A stretch of DNA of 63,671 nt, the filler included, from Olpidium bornovanus S191 (lineage: Eukaryota; Fungi; Olpidiomycota), in the NCBI GenBank assembly GCA_017911155.1. It is 28 parts of 28 records of this genome, joined end to end, with 100 filler letters (N's around TTAATTAATTAA, not from the genome) between each part and the next. Parts side by side here need not be neighbours in the genome. Positions count along the whole stretch, not along the records: positions 46,131 to 48,170 come from JAEFCI010002915.1; positions 48,271 to 49,793 come from JAEFCI010001939.1; positions 49,894 to 53,132 come from JAEFCI010001312.1; positions 53,233 to 54,541 come from JAEFCI010011614.1; positions 54,642 to 58,819 come from JAEFCI010009897.1; 23 more parts are not named here. The stretch is one strand, 5' to 3'. Below are positions 46,131-57,637 of the stretch, one piece after another (positions within the stretch are counted from its first letter, which is position 1; each line of letters opens with the position of its first letter). The translations under genes were made by a program, and so were the position numbers. The notes under the pieces were generated by a model, which searched no databases, was not told the DNA's origin, and saw only the letters and a program-made list of their open reading frames with translations.

Positions 46131-46562
46131 GACAAACTATTCAGTGCCGAGTGCGGCGGTCCGAAACTAGTCAGGTTTGAGGGCAAGCCGAAAAGCTATA
46201 CTCCCAAGGCCCGACTGAATGCACTGCTGGGGTAAGAGGCGGGGAGCGTCCCTCCCCTTGTCGATTTGTTCTGGCGTCTGCGATCCTCCCGTCTTTCAAA
46301 CCAGTTTCTTCTGAACGGGACTCTACCCCGCATTCTCCAACCCTTACCCCCCTTTTCCAGGTACACCCTCCCGTTCGACCGTCACGACTGGGTGGTCAGT
46401 CGGTGCGGCGGCCAGCAGGTGACATACGTGATCGACTTCTACTCCGGAAAGCCGGACCCGCGTGACCCTGACCTTCCTTCGTTCTTCCTGGACGTCCGGC
46501 CCGCTTTCACGCCTGTCGGCGTCAGGGACAGAGTCCGCAGGTGGTGGAGAGACTTGTTCTGA
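46131..46562 (+). CDS. HCCS: Cytochrome c/c1 heme lyase, C-terminal two exons
   Basis: GPKLVRFEGKPKSYTPKARL..LLG|YTLPFDRHDWVVSRCG...YVIDFY...FLDVRPA. CYC3 versus CYT2 is not resolved. Confidence 0.93.
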
Positions 46563-49278
46563 GCGGTAGATCCGAGCGTTAGAAAAAAATCGCATGTTCA
46601 TTTGGCTCGTGGTCGAACGGTGGTGGAGGAGGGGGGGGGAGAAGGAGGGCAGGGGAAGGTGGGGGGGATGGGGAACGATGAGCGGCTGCGCCATTATCTG
46701 CGCTTTTTACCAAAAGAGCGTTCACATTTCGGTCGCTGAGTTCGATCCGTCCAAATGAAAAACTCAGCGCAATGGTGCATGTGGACTGGAACTGTCGAAA
46801 GAGATCTCATCGCCCGACCAATGAGCGCCAAGCTGGAGGTGGGGGATCTCCTCTCCTCCGTCGCTGTCCGCTTCGGCACCGGTGCCCCTCGTTGTCGTCG
46901 TTACCCGGGCCGATCACCGTGGCTCCACCGGCTCGACTGGAGTCTTTTGAGAAAGCTTGAAATGGAAGGATGACGAAGCAGCTGATCAGGCTGCTCGGCT
47001 TGACTCGTGCGTGATGTGACGCCATAAGCAATTTCTTCAAGCCGACCGACAGTAACTCGCGGTTATTGAGACGCAAGCTACTGATCTTAGACGGCGCGGG
47101 CGAACAAACGCTTTTTGCAAGGCCATCCTGGCAGGGTTAGTCGTCGCCCGGCAGTCGTAAGTGCTGAAAACGATCCCTTTCGTTTTAGCTTTTGCATACT
47201 GTCCTTGTAATCCTTTTCTATTTTTGCGTGGAATGGGATCAGATACGAGAAAAAGCTTTGCATACGTGATTGACGTGTCCGCTTGTCTGGGTAGTCTAAC
47301 GTGGAATGTAAAACACGTGCACGTTCTGGCAATTATCGCAGTGTCTCCGAGAGCTGCTCACAGGCAACGGTTCATTCGTGCGCCGGAAACGCCGCGGTCA
47401 CACCGGCGCCCATAACGGCAAGTGCAGCCGCCAGTGCGGCTTGTGCGGATAGGGCGTGAATGACGACCGTGGCCGCGCTCGAAGCTTTTCAAAAAACCTG
47501 TTCGTCAGCCCGGGGGAACTCGGGTTTCCTTGCAGATTTCTCCGCACAGCCGAGTTCCTGTCGCGAGTTTAGCACAGCCGTGCTGACGCACTACAACGTA
47601 ACCCGCGAATGTTTTTTTTTTGGGCCCATTGAGAAGCATAAGCCCTGCTGTCTCAGGAAGCCCAAGGCTGTGGAGTTCAAATTTCCCTTGCCTCCCCGTT
47701 CATGACACGTTATGATCACCTCTGATTCTTAGAGCCAGAGATTGAGCAGCCACGAATGGCGGTTGCGTTGAGGGCGAGTGCGAGCAAATGGCCCTGAAGC
47801 GGCAATCCAATTTATATTTTTGAACCTGTGAGAGGCCGGCATAGCCTTGTCTCAGAAATGTCCAGGGATTTGAGGTTCTAAATTCCCCTCACAACTCATT
47901 CACAACGGTCCAACCGGCCAACCGGAGCCTGTCCGCGTCGCGCAGCAGGTCAAAATGCGCTTGCCAAGCTCTCTAGCGCAAATGTCGCGGTCTTAACGCC
48001 AAGTTCAAAATAAAAACCAGGGCTACCCGACATATCGTCGCGCCGAAAGCATGACATTTGCTTGGCTGAGCGCCACACGCTGGCGTCAGCCGCAATGCAG
48101 TGCAAGTTCAAGTTCAGACAGCTTTTTTGGTCAGCGCGGGCCGTGGCCTAATCCGTTTCACTGAATACCANNNNNNNNNNNNNNNNNNNNNNNNNNNNNN
48201 NNNNNNNNNNNNNNTTAATTAATTAANNNNNNNNNNNNNNNNNNNNNNNNNNNNNNNNNNNNNNNNNNNNACACTGTAATTTATAGCGAGCACGATATAC
48301 CATTTCCGCCAAGGTGCGGCGTGATGATGATACCCACTACAAACGAAAAAAAAAGCAAGCCTGTACCAGCGTCAGGGAAGCGGGACCATGCAATTTGGAG
48401 GCGACGACGGTGTTAAATTTCGTGGCTTGGAGAACGTGCTGTCCGGCAAGGTTTAGCTGGCGGCGAGTCGCGGTTCAGCTCTAATCACGTGACTGCCGTT
48501 TCCCCCGAGCTAAACGACGCGAGGAGTGGGGCGACGTGGGGACCGTGCAGTGACTACTTGCCACCGCTGCGCCCATGTAGAACCCAACGCTCATGACATG
48601 AACTGCCGCATGCGAAAATCCGATGTGCCCATGACACAACGAAGGCGTCGGGCGCGCTAACGCTGTGAACAACGTGATTGCCGGGCAGATTTGCGTGTTC
48701 TGCGTGCGCCGCGGAAGGGGAGGTGGTGGGGTTGGGGGGGGGGAGAAAGGGCGGTGGTCGGTCGCAGGTCTTACGACGACGTGAGATCGGGATAACGCCC
48801 GAACCGCGAATCAAACGACGAAAGCATCTCCCCGTTTGTTGACGACAATGATGCCCACCCGTGCCCACGGGAACGGCCAGTCGGAGGCTGCCTCGATCGA
48901 CGGGGAGCGACAAGTGCTTGCCGGGCGCCGCGCGGGCGGCAAGGGGGAAAAGGGAAAGGGGGGGGGGGGGTTTTTTCTGCCCGCCGGTGTCCGCCCGGTC
49001 CCCCCTGTGACACCGGCTTCCGCGACTCGCGGCGGCTCGACCGCCCGCACCAAAAGAAAATCAAGATAATCTTCGCGACCCTGCGGCCTCTGCGAAGTCC
49101 AAAATCACGGCCCGCCAGAGCAAAAGAGAAAAAAAGCGGAAATAAATAAAGAGAGCGAGAGAGAGAGAAGGAGAGAGGGAGGGAAGAGAAGAAAGAGAGA
49201 GGTGTGAAGTTGAAGGGGTGGGGGGGGGAGGGGAAGTGAGTGAACAGAACGAGGACAGGATTTCTTCCCGCCGAGACG

Positions 49279-49708
49279 ATGGTGTTCATAACGGTGAAGT
49301 ACGGCGGTACGTTACCACCGCCCTTGCAAATCGCAAGGTCCACACAACGCCGTCTTGCCGTTATCGGCCGGGGCAAGAAAAAAAACCTGCGTAAGGGAAA
49401 TGTTATCAGAATCCAACCGGCCGTTGACCCGCTCTCTCTCCCTCTCTCCCACTTTCGCTCCCGGGGGAGGGGGGGGGGGGGGGGGGGACGCGAAGCAGCC
49501 AACGAGGAACGGCTTTTCAACCCGCACTGCCTGTCCGTGGTGCTGCTGTCCCACATCCGCCACAAGTGCGGCCTGGAGTCAATGCCGGAGCCCCTGGACC
49601 TTGCCACGGAGTCCGGGGAGGTGGTGGATCTGGCGAGCAAGCCGCGGGAAGTCGCGAAGAAGCTCCTGGACCCTCGGGCCACCTACATCCTCGTGAAGAC
49701 CGTCCTGG
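49279..49708 (+). CDS. CXorf65: CXorf65/C22orf15-like small protein, exons 49279-49306 and 49499-49708, 3' truncated
   Basis: MVFITVKYG|ANEERLFNPHCLSVVLLSHIRHKCG...LDLATESGEVVDL...AKKLLDPRATYILVK aligns by eye with CXorf65 (MFIFIKHG..Q.LVNTNC..VVLL.YIR.K..L...IDL...A.KYL.AR.TYYV.K). Confidence 0.75.
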
Positions 49709-49730
49709 GTGCGGCTTTTCCGGCCGGTCC

Positions 49731-49778
<48 letters not shown>

Positions 49779-51274
49779 ACCCCCCCCCCCCCCNNNNNNN
49801 NNNNNNNNNNNNNNNNNNNNNNNNNNNNNNNNNNNNNTTAATTAATTAANNNNNNNNNNNNNNNNNNNNNNNNNNNNNNNNNNNNNNNNNNNNAGGGAAC
49901 GCCGACGCGGGAGGTTTCGCTTCACGTTCGCGTTTCCCTTTTCGCCTCCTCATCGGATAAAGACGGCCACAGCTCGCCGCATCCTCAGTTTCCGTTGCGC
50001 TTTTGTTTTTCATGCCGTTATGGTTCGGATGTGCCGTGCGCACCAGTGTGGTGAGGGGAGGGGGGTGGGCGGGGTGTTTCAAACACGGTCATCTTTGGGT
50101 GGTTTCGCGTGTCCGGCAGAAAACAACGTCGGATTTGGGGAGACCAGAATTACATTGACCCCGCCGCACACCGCACACCCCACCATTCTGCGTTCGGATC
50201 TGGGGCTCGGATTTCGGCCCGCGGGCTCCGGAGCCACGGTTGATCCCCGCAAATCTCCCGACTTGTGGGCCCCGCGTGGCATTTGCTTGGTCTCCAAGTA
50301 CGGCATTCCGGAAGTCCCCCGCGTTCCCCGCCGCCCCGCCGATTCGAAAGGCCCCCGGGCCCGTCGTCGGTTCGGAGAAGGTCCTGGCCTCCCACCAACC
50401 CGGCAATGGCAGGTTTGCGGAGCCGCTGCCCGCGAGAAATTCGCGCTCGCAACCTCAACCGAAACAGACGTGGCCGCGCTCTGTCAAACGCCGGCGTTCC
50501 CGTTTCGCGACACGGACGTTTTTTTCACAGGGCTGTTTTCGTCCTTTTCCACAGGCTTTTGAATGCAAGCGCGCCGGCAACAACCCTGGCCACGTGGACA
50601 GGCTCGGCGTAGCAAGCAGGTACTGGACGGCGTCCCGCGCGGACAGTGCCATTCCCTCCTTTCAGCAAACTGGATGGTTCTACAGCTGTTCTTCTCCACC
50701 GCAGCGTACACATAGTCGGGCGCTATCTACCATCGGCGCCAACATCTTTCAGCAAATTTTTGCCTCCCGCTTATATTCTCTACGAATAGTCTGATTTAAA
50801 AATGAGTATTGGGATGAAATCCAGACGACAGAATGCGTGCTCAGGTTCGATTTTGTGCCTGTCAGCGCAGCCGCCGTCAGAAATCAACGTGCTGGCGTGC
50901 GTAGCGGGAAGTGCCGCCGGTTGGAGCAAAGTTGGCCAGGATGCGGACAAACAAAATGAGATGATGGGAGCAGTCTGACGGTGCAGGCTAATCCAAAACG
51001 GCAGGGTGCCAACAGAAGCGAGCGGCGGCACCCGCTGAGCCGTAAGCTCCGGAGAGGGAGGAACGGAGAGTCTTGCTGGTGGCCAGCCGGCTTCCGGAAG
51101 TTGGTCCCGTTGTCAAATTCGACAGGTGCCGGCGGCAGGGCCGGGTCCTCTCAGAAGCTGGCGTTCGTTCGCAGAATCCCCAGGCCTTGCAGACAGCTGA
51201 ACCGAGATAGTGCGTGACGTGGTACGCGCGCCCTCCGTCCGCCGCTCGTTGCAGTGGCAGCCAACGGGGGTGCC

Positions 51275-51880
51275 TCAGTCCGCGAAGTCCCTCTCCCGCT
51301 TCTTGAACGGCCGCTTCACCAAGTCTGCGATTCCGCCGAACAGAAGGCGGAGCGGTTTGCGAAGCACGAGGAAGGTGTGGAGGGGGCCAAGCATGCCCAG
51401 GAGGAACCCCTGCAGAAACGGGGTCAGGATGCAGTCGCGGATGACAATCACTGACAAAGGTTCGCTCTCGGCGGGCGGCGCTCGGTCGGGCGCTGCGGGG
51501 AAGCGCGCGGGCTCCTCGCGTTTCGACCGGAGCGGCCACCGGTCCCTCGACGGAGAGTTGGGGACCCTGTCGGCGGAGTGCCGGATGCCGAGGACGGCGT
51601 CGGCGTCCGTGTTGGAGAGGTACTGCGGCACCGGCGTGGGCGCATCCTCCCGGCGGAGGTCCGCCGCGAACGCGCCGCCGACCGGTGGTGGTCCCGCTGC
51701 GTCGGTCCCGACGGCCGCCTCCGGCCAGGCCGCCCGCCAGCCGTCCGGGGCCGGTGCGCGCGGCCTGCCGGCGGCCCCGGGTGCCGCAGCCGCCCCGCTC
51801 GACGGCGAAGGGTGCGGGGAAGCCGCCGGCGCCGCCGGAGGCCGCGGCCGCTGAAGAAAGGCGGCAGAGGGATCCGCCAT
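51275..51880 (-). CDS. Single-pass membrane protein, possibly Mim1/Tom13-like
   Basis: Pro/Ala-rich N-terminus, one TM segment CILTPFLQGFLLGMLG resembling Mim1 LFLPF.NG..LG.GE, and a basic tail. Weak match. Confidence 0.35.
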   Translation of the reverse strand: MADPSAAFLQRPRPPAAPAASPHPSPSSGAAAAPGAAGRPRAPAPDGWRAAWPEAAVGTDAAGPPPVGGAFAADLRREDAPTPVPQYLSNTDADAVLGIRHSADRVPNSPSRDRWPLRSKREEPARFPAAPDRAPPAESEPLSVIVIRDCILTPFLQGFLLGMLGPLHTFLVLRKPLRLLFGGIADLVKRPFKKRERDFAD

Positions 51881-53232
51881 ATCCCGAGGGCGCGTGCAGA
51901 GTGCCGCCGGCTGACTGGCCTCGGTCGGATCTCCCGTCGTTGGCGGGCGTAGCAGGGCGGCGGTGACGGGCGCGCCGTGGACTTTCTGGATGTGGTGGAC
52001 TTATTTTTTTTTTTTTTCGGGAGATGTCGTGCTAGGAAAGGTTTCCGTCCCGGGCGTCCCCGGCCCGACTCTCACTGCGCAAGTCGCGTATATCCCCCCC
52101 ACCCCCCGCCGCCCGCGCAAGCCACAACTCCCATGCGCCGTTCCTAGACCTGAGAAGCTGCTGCCGGTGATCTTTGGGTTGGGCCTCCGCATGGAGCTCT
52201 CGAGACGGCCGGAGTCTGGAGGTTATGTAAGGATGTACTGTACTGAACTGAGCATTGGATGGGGGTCGCCTGCAACGGCCTGGAATCCGGGATTCCCGGC
52301 AATGCTGACCGTCAGGTCGCGGAGCACAACCATCAGGACGGGTTCGGAGTAAGAAAAGTCTGGTAGTGCTATTGACGCCGCGCAAAGGTGGACGGCATCT
52401 CAAAAAGGCGAGTACATATGAGGCGTTTTGACATTTCCTCCCGATGGGTTCCTGTGACCCCTTGTCTGTCAGCAGTTTTGATGCTTGGCCTGTTCACCCG
52501 CGCATGGGTAAACCTGGACCTACATCTGCGGCGAGTCGAGCGAAGCTCCCCAGTGCGCCTGAAATCAGGACCGAGAAGTCGGCAGTACGAGCGAAACCTG
52601 GCGGACCAATAATGAACCCTCCACTCCAGTAACTTTGGCCATTTGGAACGGCCGAGCAGTTGCCGCGACGAAAAAATTTGTGATTATGCTAGCCAGAAGA
52701 AAAGCCCGAAATATAACGTTCGTCCATGCTCGCCCAACATTCTGGCTCCGCTCGGGTTGCCCCGAACGTAACACGACTGAAAAGGGAGATAGAGGTAAAT
52801 ACCGGGGGACTGCTCGCCGGCCTAAACCCGGGAGGACTGTGGAGGCTAAGCCACGTGAATAAACGCGACATTACAGATGACTGTAAACTGCCAAACTGCC
52901 CTTTCCCCCCCCCCCTTTTTTTTTCGTTGGTATTGCATGTCTCCCTAGCGAGATTCTGTTTTGCCGAAATTTTCATGTGCTGCCATGCCTGGAAGACTCA
53001 GTAAGGGATGTGCACTACCCTGGCGCCGGGGACGCTTTGGGCGCCCAATGGGGCTGCCACGCAATGCAGGACGTTCAAGGTGAACACCGGCGCGGCCCGC
53101 CGGCTGTCGCAAGAATAACCTGCAAATCCATGNNNNNNNNNNNNNNNNNNNNNNNNNNNNNNNNNNNNNNNNNNNNTTAATTAATTAANNNNNNNNNNNN
53201 NNNNNNNNNNNNNNNNNNNNNNNNNNNNNNNN

Positions 53233-53990
53233 CCCAGCCTTCCACATTTTCAAAAAAATTCGTTGGGTCCATTTGTAGTACTCCGGGCGGCAGGTAGTCA
53301 CTTCCCGTTCCCAGTCAAAATGACACCCCATTTTTCCCAATTGCGACTTCATGACAGCAATGTTTTGCGCTGTCCACTCCGCTGGGCTTTTGGACTGCTC
53401 GATGGCGGCATTTTCCGCCGGAAGGCCGAACGCGTCCCATCCCATCGGTGAGATCACCTGAATCGTACACGTCCCATGTTCAGGCTCAAATTCCGAACGC
53501 TGCAAAGCAACGCTTGGCCACGCCAGGACCTCTACTTTACCTTCGCACCTCTCATTTTATAGAATCTCGCGAGAGTGTCGGTGATCGTGTACACGCGGAC
53601 GTGGCCCATGTGCAGCAACCCCGATGGGTACGGAAACATGGACAGGATGTACGCTTTTTCCACGTTAGGATCTGCTGGGGAGGGCCGATCGTCGTTGACC
53701 TTGGGCGCGGCGGTTTCCGAAAAGGCCTTCCACCTAGCCTGCCACTTCGCTTGCAGCGCGGCATGGTCGAACACTCGGACCCTGACGAGAGATCCCGCTG
53801 GCGCCCCTGAAGACATGGACGGGGCTGGCGCTGACGACTGCAGGCGCGCGGCGCCACTTCGTGGCGAGCTCCCTGCGGCCCATCCTGCTGCTGCATCTGC
53901 TGACGGCCGTGACCGAAACGACGACAGCGACGTCCGCCGGAGGACGTTCGAGCGCCGCCAGCATCGAGCACCCCCTGCCAGCGCTCTCAT
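53233..53990 (-). CDS. NAM2: Mitochondrial leucyl-tRNA synthetase, N-terminal part, 3' truncated
   Basis: Presequence-like start; [25 protein letters not shown] (HIGH motif), [37 protein letters not shown]. Confidence 0.95.
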
Positions 53991-56000
53991 GGACTGCTCC
54001 TCCTGCGACTCGCGGTTGGCGTGGTTTTCGCCGCGGGCTACACGTTCACGACGGCAGCGGGAGGCGGCGGCGGCGGCGACGCGAACCGAAGGCGCGCGGG
54101 GCGCAGGCGCACTGGCGGAGTGACGACGACGCGCGGGCGTGGTTTCCGACCGCGCTGTCCCGGAGCAGCGTGGGTCTTGACCAGAAAGGGGCGGCACCCC
54201 TGCGGCGGCGGTGGGGGTTGTCGGCACGTTACCGGGCAAACCCGCCCCCGTATGGATTAGTGCAATGCATTGCCAATTAAATATTGCCAGCAACCCGGAC
54301 GGAGTGTTTACCAAGCTCGGAAGCACTTTGCATCTACCATCCTGGCAAGCGCAGTGCAAGAAAACGCAATGCATAATCCCGGCTACCACGTTCGGTTATT
54401 GGGCCGCAGACGCCGCCAAAAAACAGGAAAAATACAAATCAGAGTAATAGCAAAAAAACAGCCCTGGTGTTCGAACACGCCTTCGACTTTCGCGGGCAGC
54501 TCTTTGCGGCAGATTTTGCAGGACGGCGACAGGGGGGGGGGNNNNNNNNNNNNNNNNNNNNNNNNNNNNNNNNNNNNNNNNNNNNTTAATTAATTAANNN
54601 NNNNNNNNNNNNNNNNNNNNNNNNNNNNNNNNNNNNNNNNNCATGGCAAAGATTGTGCTCACTACCCCCGCGTGTACGGAGACCGGAGAAAAGATTGCGC
54701 TCTCCCGGCGGATAGAGAAACGTGCGTTTTTGTTGTTGTTTCTTGGACTTGTTCGTTTACGTTAGGACGGTGCCTTAGTGGTCACGTTCGGCGTATGATT
54801 TGATCGTTCTCTGACGCTCCAATCTTACCTTCAAAATGCAGACTGGCGGCTAATCGGTTGGGGAATGATAAAGCGCGGTGTTTCGATAGAGCCTGTTGCG
54901 GCGCAGCAATGAATGTTGCATTTCACGCACAAGAAATATTTTTGCACGACAAAAAAAGTTGAGATAGTCTGAATGTAATTTGGTAATCTGGTAGTGGCTG
55001 GAATTGTGTGCTCGTTGCGGTGCTTGAGGGTATTGCGCCTCTTTTGCCCCCTTTGTGGTACGCAATCCAGTCTTCAACTCTGGACGATTCACGCAGCCAG
55101 GCGAATTGGATTCCTTTCAGTTGAGATCTTAGGTTGTAACGACAATGATGGAAAGCATCCCACTACAAGGAAAAGTGGTACAGGGTAAGTAGCACGTAAC
55201 GCGGCTCCCAGCGGACCGCAGGGCCGATGACTGTCAAATGAGTTTTTTGCAATCAAGAAAATCCTGGTTTGCGAAATAGGCCAGACACCAAGTCACGCCT
55301 CGTGGTACGGGCTTTCGCAGATCCGAGGCTTAGACTATGGGGAAACCTTCGCGGTTGTTTTGGGCAGGAAGGCAGGTTTGGTCCTGCGACGCCGGGTCTT
55401 GAGAGGAACGCGCCGGTGCTAAATCTCCGGACCGCAATTCCGATTCTCTCCCACGACATTCCAAACGGCCCTCCCAGTCATATTAACTCTGTCAAACCGC
55501 TCCCTCCTTTCGGCAAGGGCTTCTCGACCGGGCAATGCGTTTTGGCGAACCCGAGATGTCGCAACGAGAATCGACGCCAATGACGTAGAACTGCCTCCAG
55601 CACCCGCGCGAGGGGGCGCGCGCCAGGACGCACGCAGAGCCGCCATGCCGCAGCGGGGAAGGCCGTTGTCGCCGCCCGGCCCCCGGATCCCCGCGCGCCG
55701 GCAACCCGACCGGGGCAGGTCGTAAAAAAAAAATAAAAATAAAAAAGAACGTAAAAAATAGAAAATAAAAAAAAAATAAAAAAAACTGCACCGTACAAAC
55801 ACCGATGAGCCGTTGTCGAGGGTGCAAAGCCTAAATTTGGGGGGACCGGGTAGTCCCTCCAACCCAGCCGCGGCACCGGGCGGCCTGCCGCTGAGTCGCC
55901 TCCCCGCGGTCCTGGGCCTTCCAGCTTTCGGTGGGGGACCCCGGCAGCCGTTCTGGATAAAATCTTTTTCTTTATCCCCCGTCTGGGAACAACACCAATA

Positions 56001-57637
56001 TTACTGCGTCGAGCGTGCTCGGTGAGATAGGGGCCGGGACTCAGCGGCGGACGCGGTAACGCCGGGTTTAGGTGACTGTTGGACAAGGGTTAGCGGGGTT
56101 GGGGTGACCAGTTGGAGGATGTGCGGAGACGAATGCTTGAGCACGGTTTCCAGCAAGGCGGTGTCAACCACCGACGGCCCGACCGAGAACAGCGTGTCCG
56201 AGGAGTGACGGAAGCAGATTCTGATCTCCGTCCCAACACACATGTCCATCTCCATCGACGACTTCGAGGCGGAGTCGGCTCTTGCTGCCGCTTCATCCCC
56301 GACGGCCGAGCCGGCTCCCACGGCTTCGAGCACGTCCTGGAGATTGCGCATGGAGCGAGCCGTCCTGTCGCATCCGGGGGATACTTGACACCCTGTCCGT
56401 GCGCGCTCCGGGTCGTTTCCGCCAGGCGCCGTCCGTGAGGATCGCTCCCCGGGACGTAACGCGGTTTCCCGCAGCAGCTCTGCGTACTCGGCGGCCCGTT
56501 CCTTCAGCCGCGATTTCGACAATGGTACTGCCTTTTTGTATGCCGCGACCGCTGCGTCCTGCGTCAACGGTGGTTTGGATTCGTCGGACGCCAAAACCGT
56601 CCGCGAACGCGCAGAGACGTCGCTCGTGACATGATGCGCTACCGGGACCGTTTTTGGCAAGCTCAAGTTTTGCATTGCTTCTTCGTCAATCTGACTACCT
56701 GAACATGAATCGCCCAGTACTTGTCATTCGATCAACCCTGGTTGCGCCGCAACCTGCAGAACTCGCCAGGCTTTGTACAGTACCTGATTCATGCCAATCC
56801 GCCTTAGCGTTCGTGAAACTGCCCGGCAACGGCCGTTTCTTCCCTGTGCTAACACTCGAGCCTTTCTCGCTGACCTCTGCTTTTGACGGTAGTGTGGCAT
56901 TCAGAGCCGGCATAGGTGGCAAATGTCCTGGCACATATGCCGGCCTCGGTGTTATAAATACTGCTTCGGCTTCGCGAGTGTCCCCGTTTTCCGGTTCCTC
57001 GCCGTCGGGCTCCAATCCCGATGCTTGTTGACAACCAACCGCAAGTTCTGTGACTTGCCAGCCTTGCTCAGCAATATAATCATAAGTCCGCATGTCACTG
57101 GGTATTCTGGTCCGGCCGTTCGTCACAAACCCTATCCGTTGCGGTCACCCAAATTAGAAAACAAAAAGAGAGAGACGGCCACGCTGCACCCGGCGTCAGG
57201 ACTGAAAAACGGAGCACACCCGTTATCCACTCGTTCTCCAGGGGGCCCGTTGCTTGTGCGCTTGCCTCCAGTTCCTGCTTTAAGGTCGCAGAAGGCTCTT
57301 TCCATTCCCACTCTCGCCTACAATGGTCGACCAGGGAAGAAAAACTCTCGCCTGGGCAGCCTTTCCCAAGGTCGTCGATTGTCTTCGCGACGTCCTTCGT
57401 GGTTGGCCTGGACCGTCCGGCCAGCGACGCCACACGCGCTGCGCTGGTGGCGAGCAGCGTAACGTACGCGGCGAACGCGTCCCCGAGCGTGGCGAGCGCG
57501 CTGCCGGTAGCGCGGTCGTAGCCGGCCGCCTCGGCGAGGTGAACGACCGCGGCTTTCAAGAGGGCGACGATGACGGGCGGAGTGCTGGTGCTGCCGGGGG
57601 ACGACGGTGCGGCCGACGACAGCGAGGCCGACGCCAT
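56001..57637 (-). CDS. Bromodomain-associated histone-fold protein (TAF8/TAF3-like), multi-exon; 3' boundary uncertain
   Basis: LLKAAVVHLAEAAGYDRATGSALATLGDAFAAYVTLLATSAARVASLAGRSRPTTKDV histone fold; PAYVPGHLPPMP proline motif. Confidence 0.75.

Noticed and set aside
46900-48000. Minus-strand exon-like pieces (AKIEKDYKDSMQKLKRK, F-BAR-like; RAWQAHFDLLRD)
   Set aside because: I could not assemble a consistent spliced frame or assign a family.
50550-50790. FAR1/WRKY-like FECKRAG segment
   Set aside because: The other zinc ligands are missing; similarity is too short.
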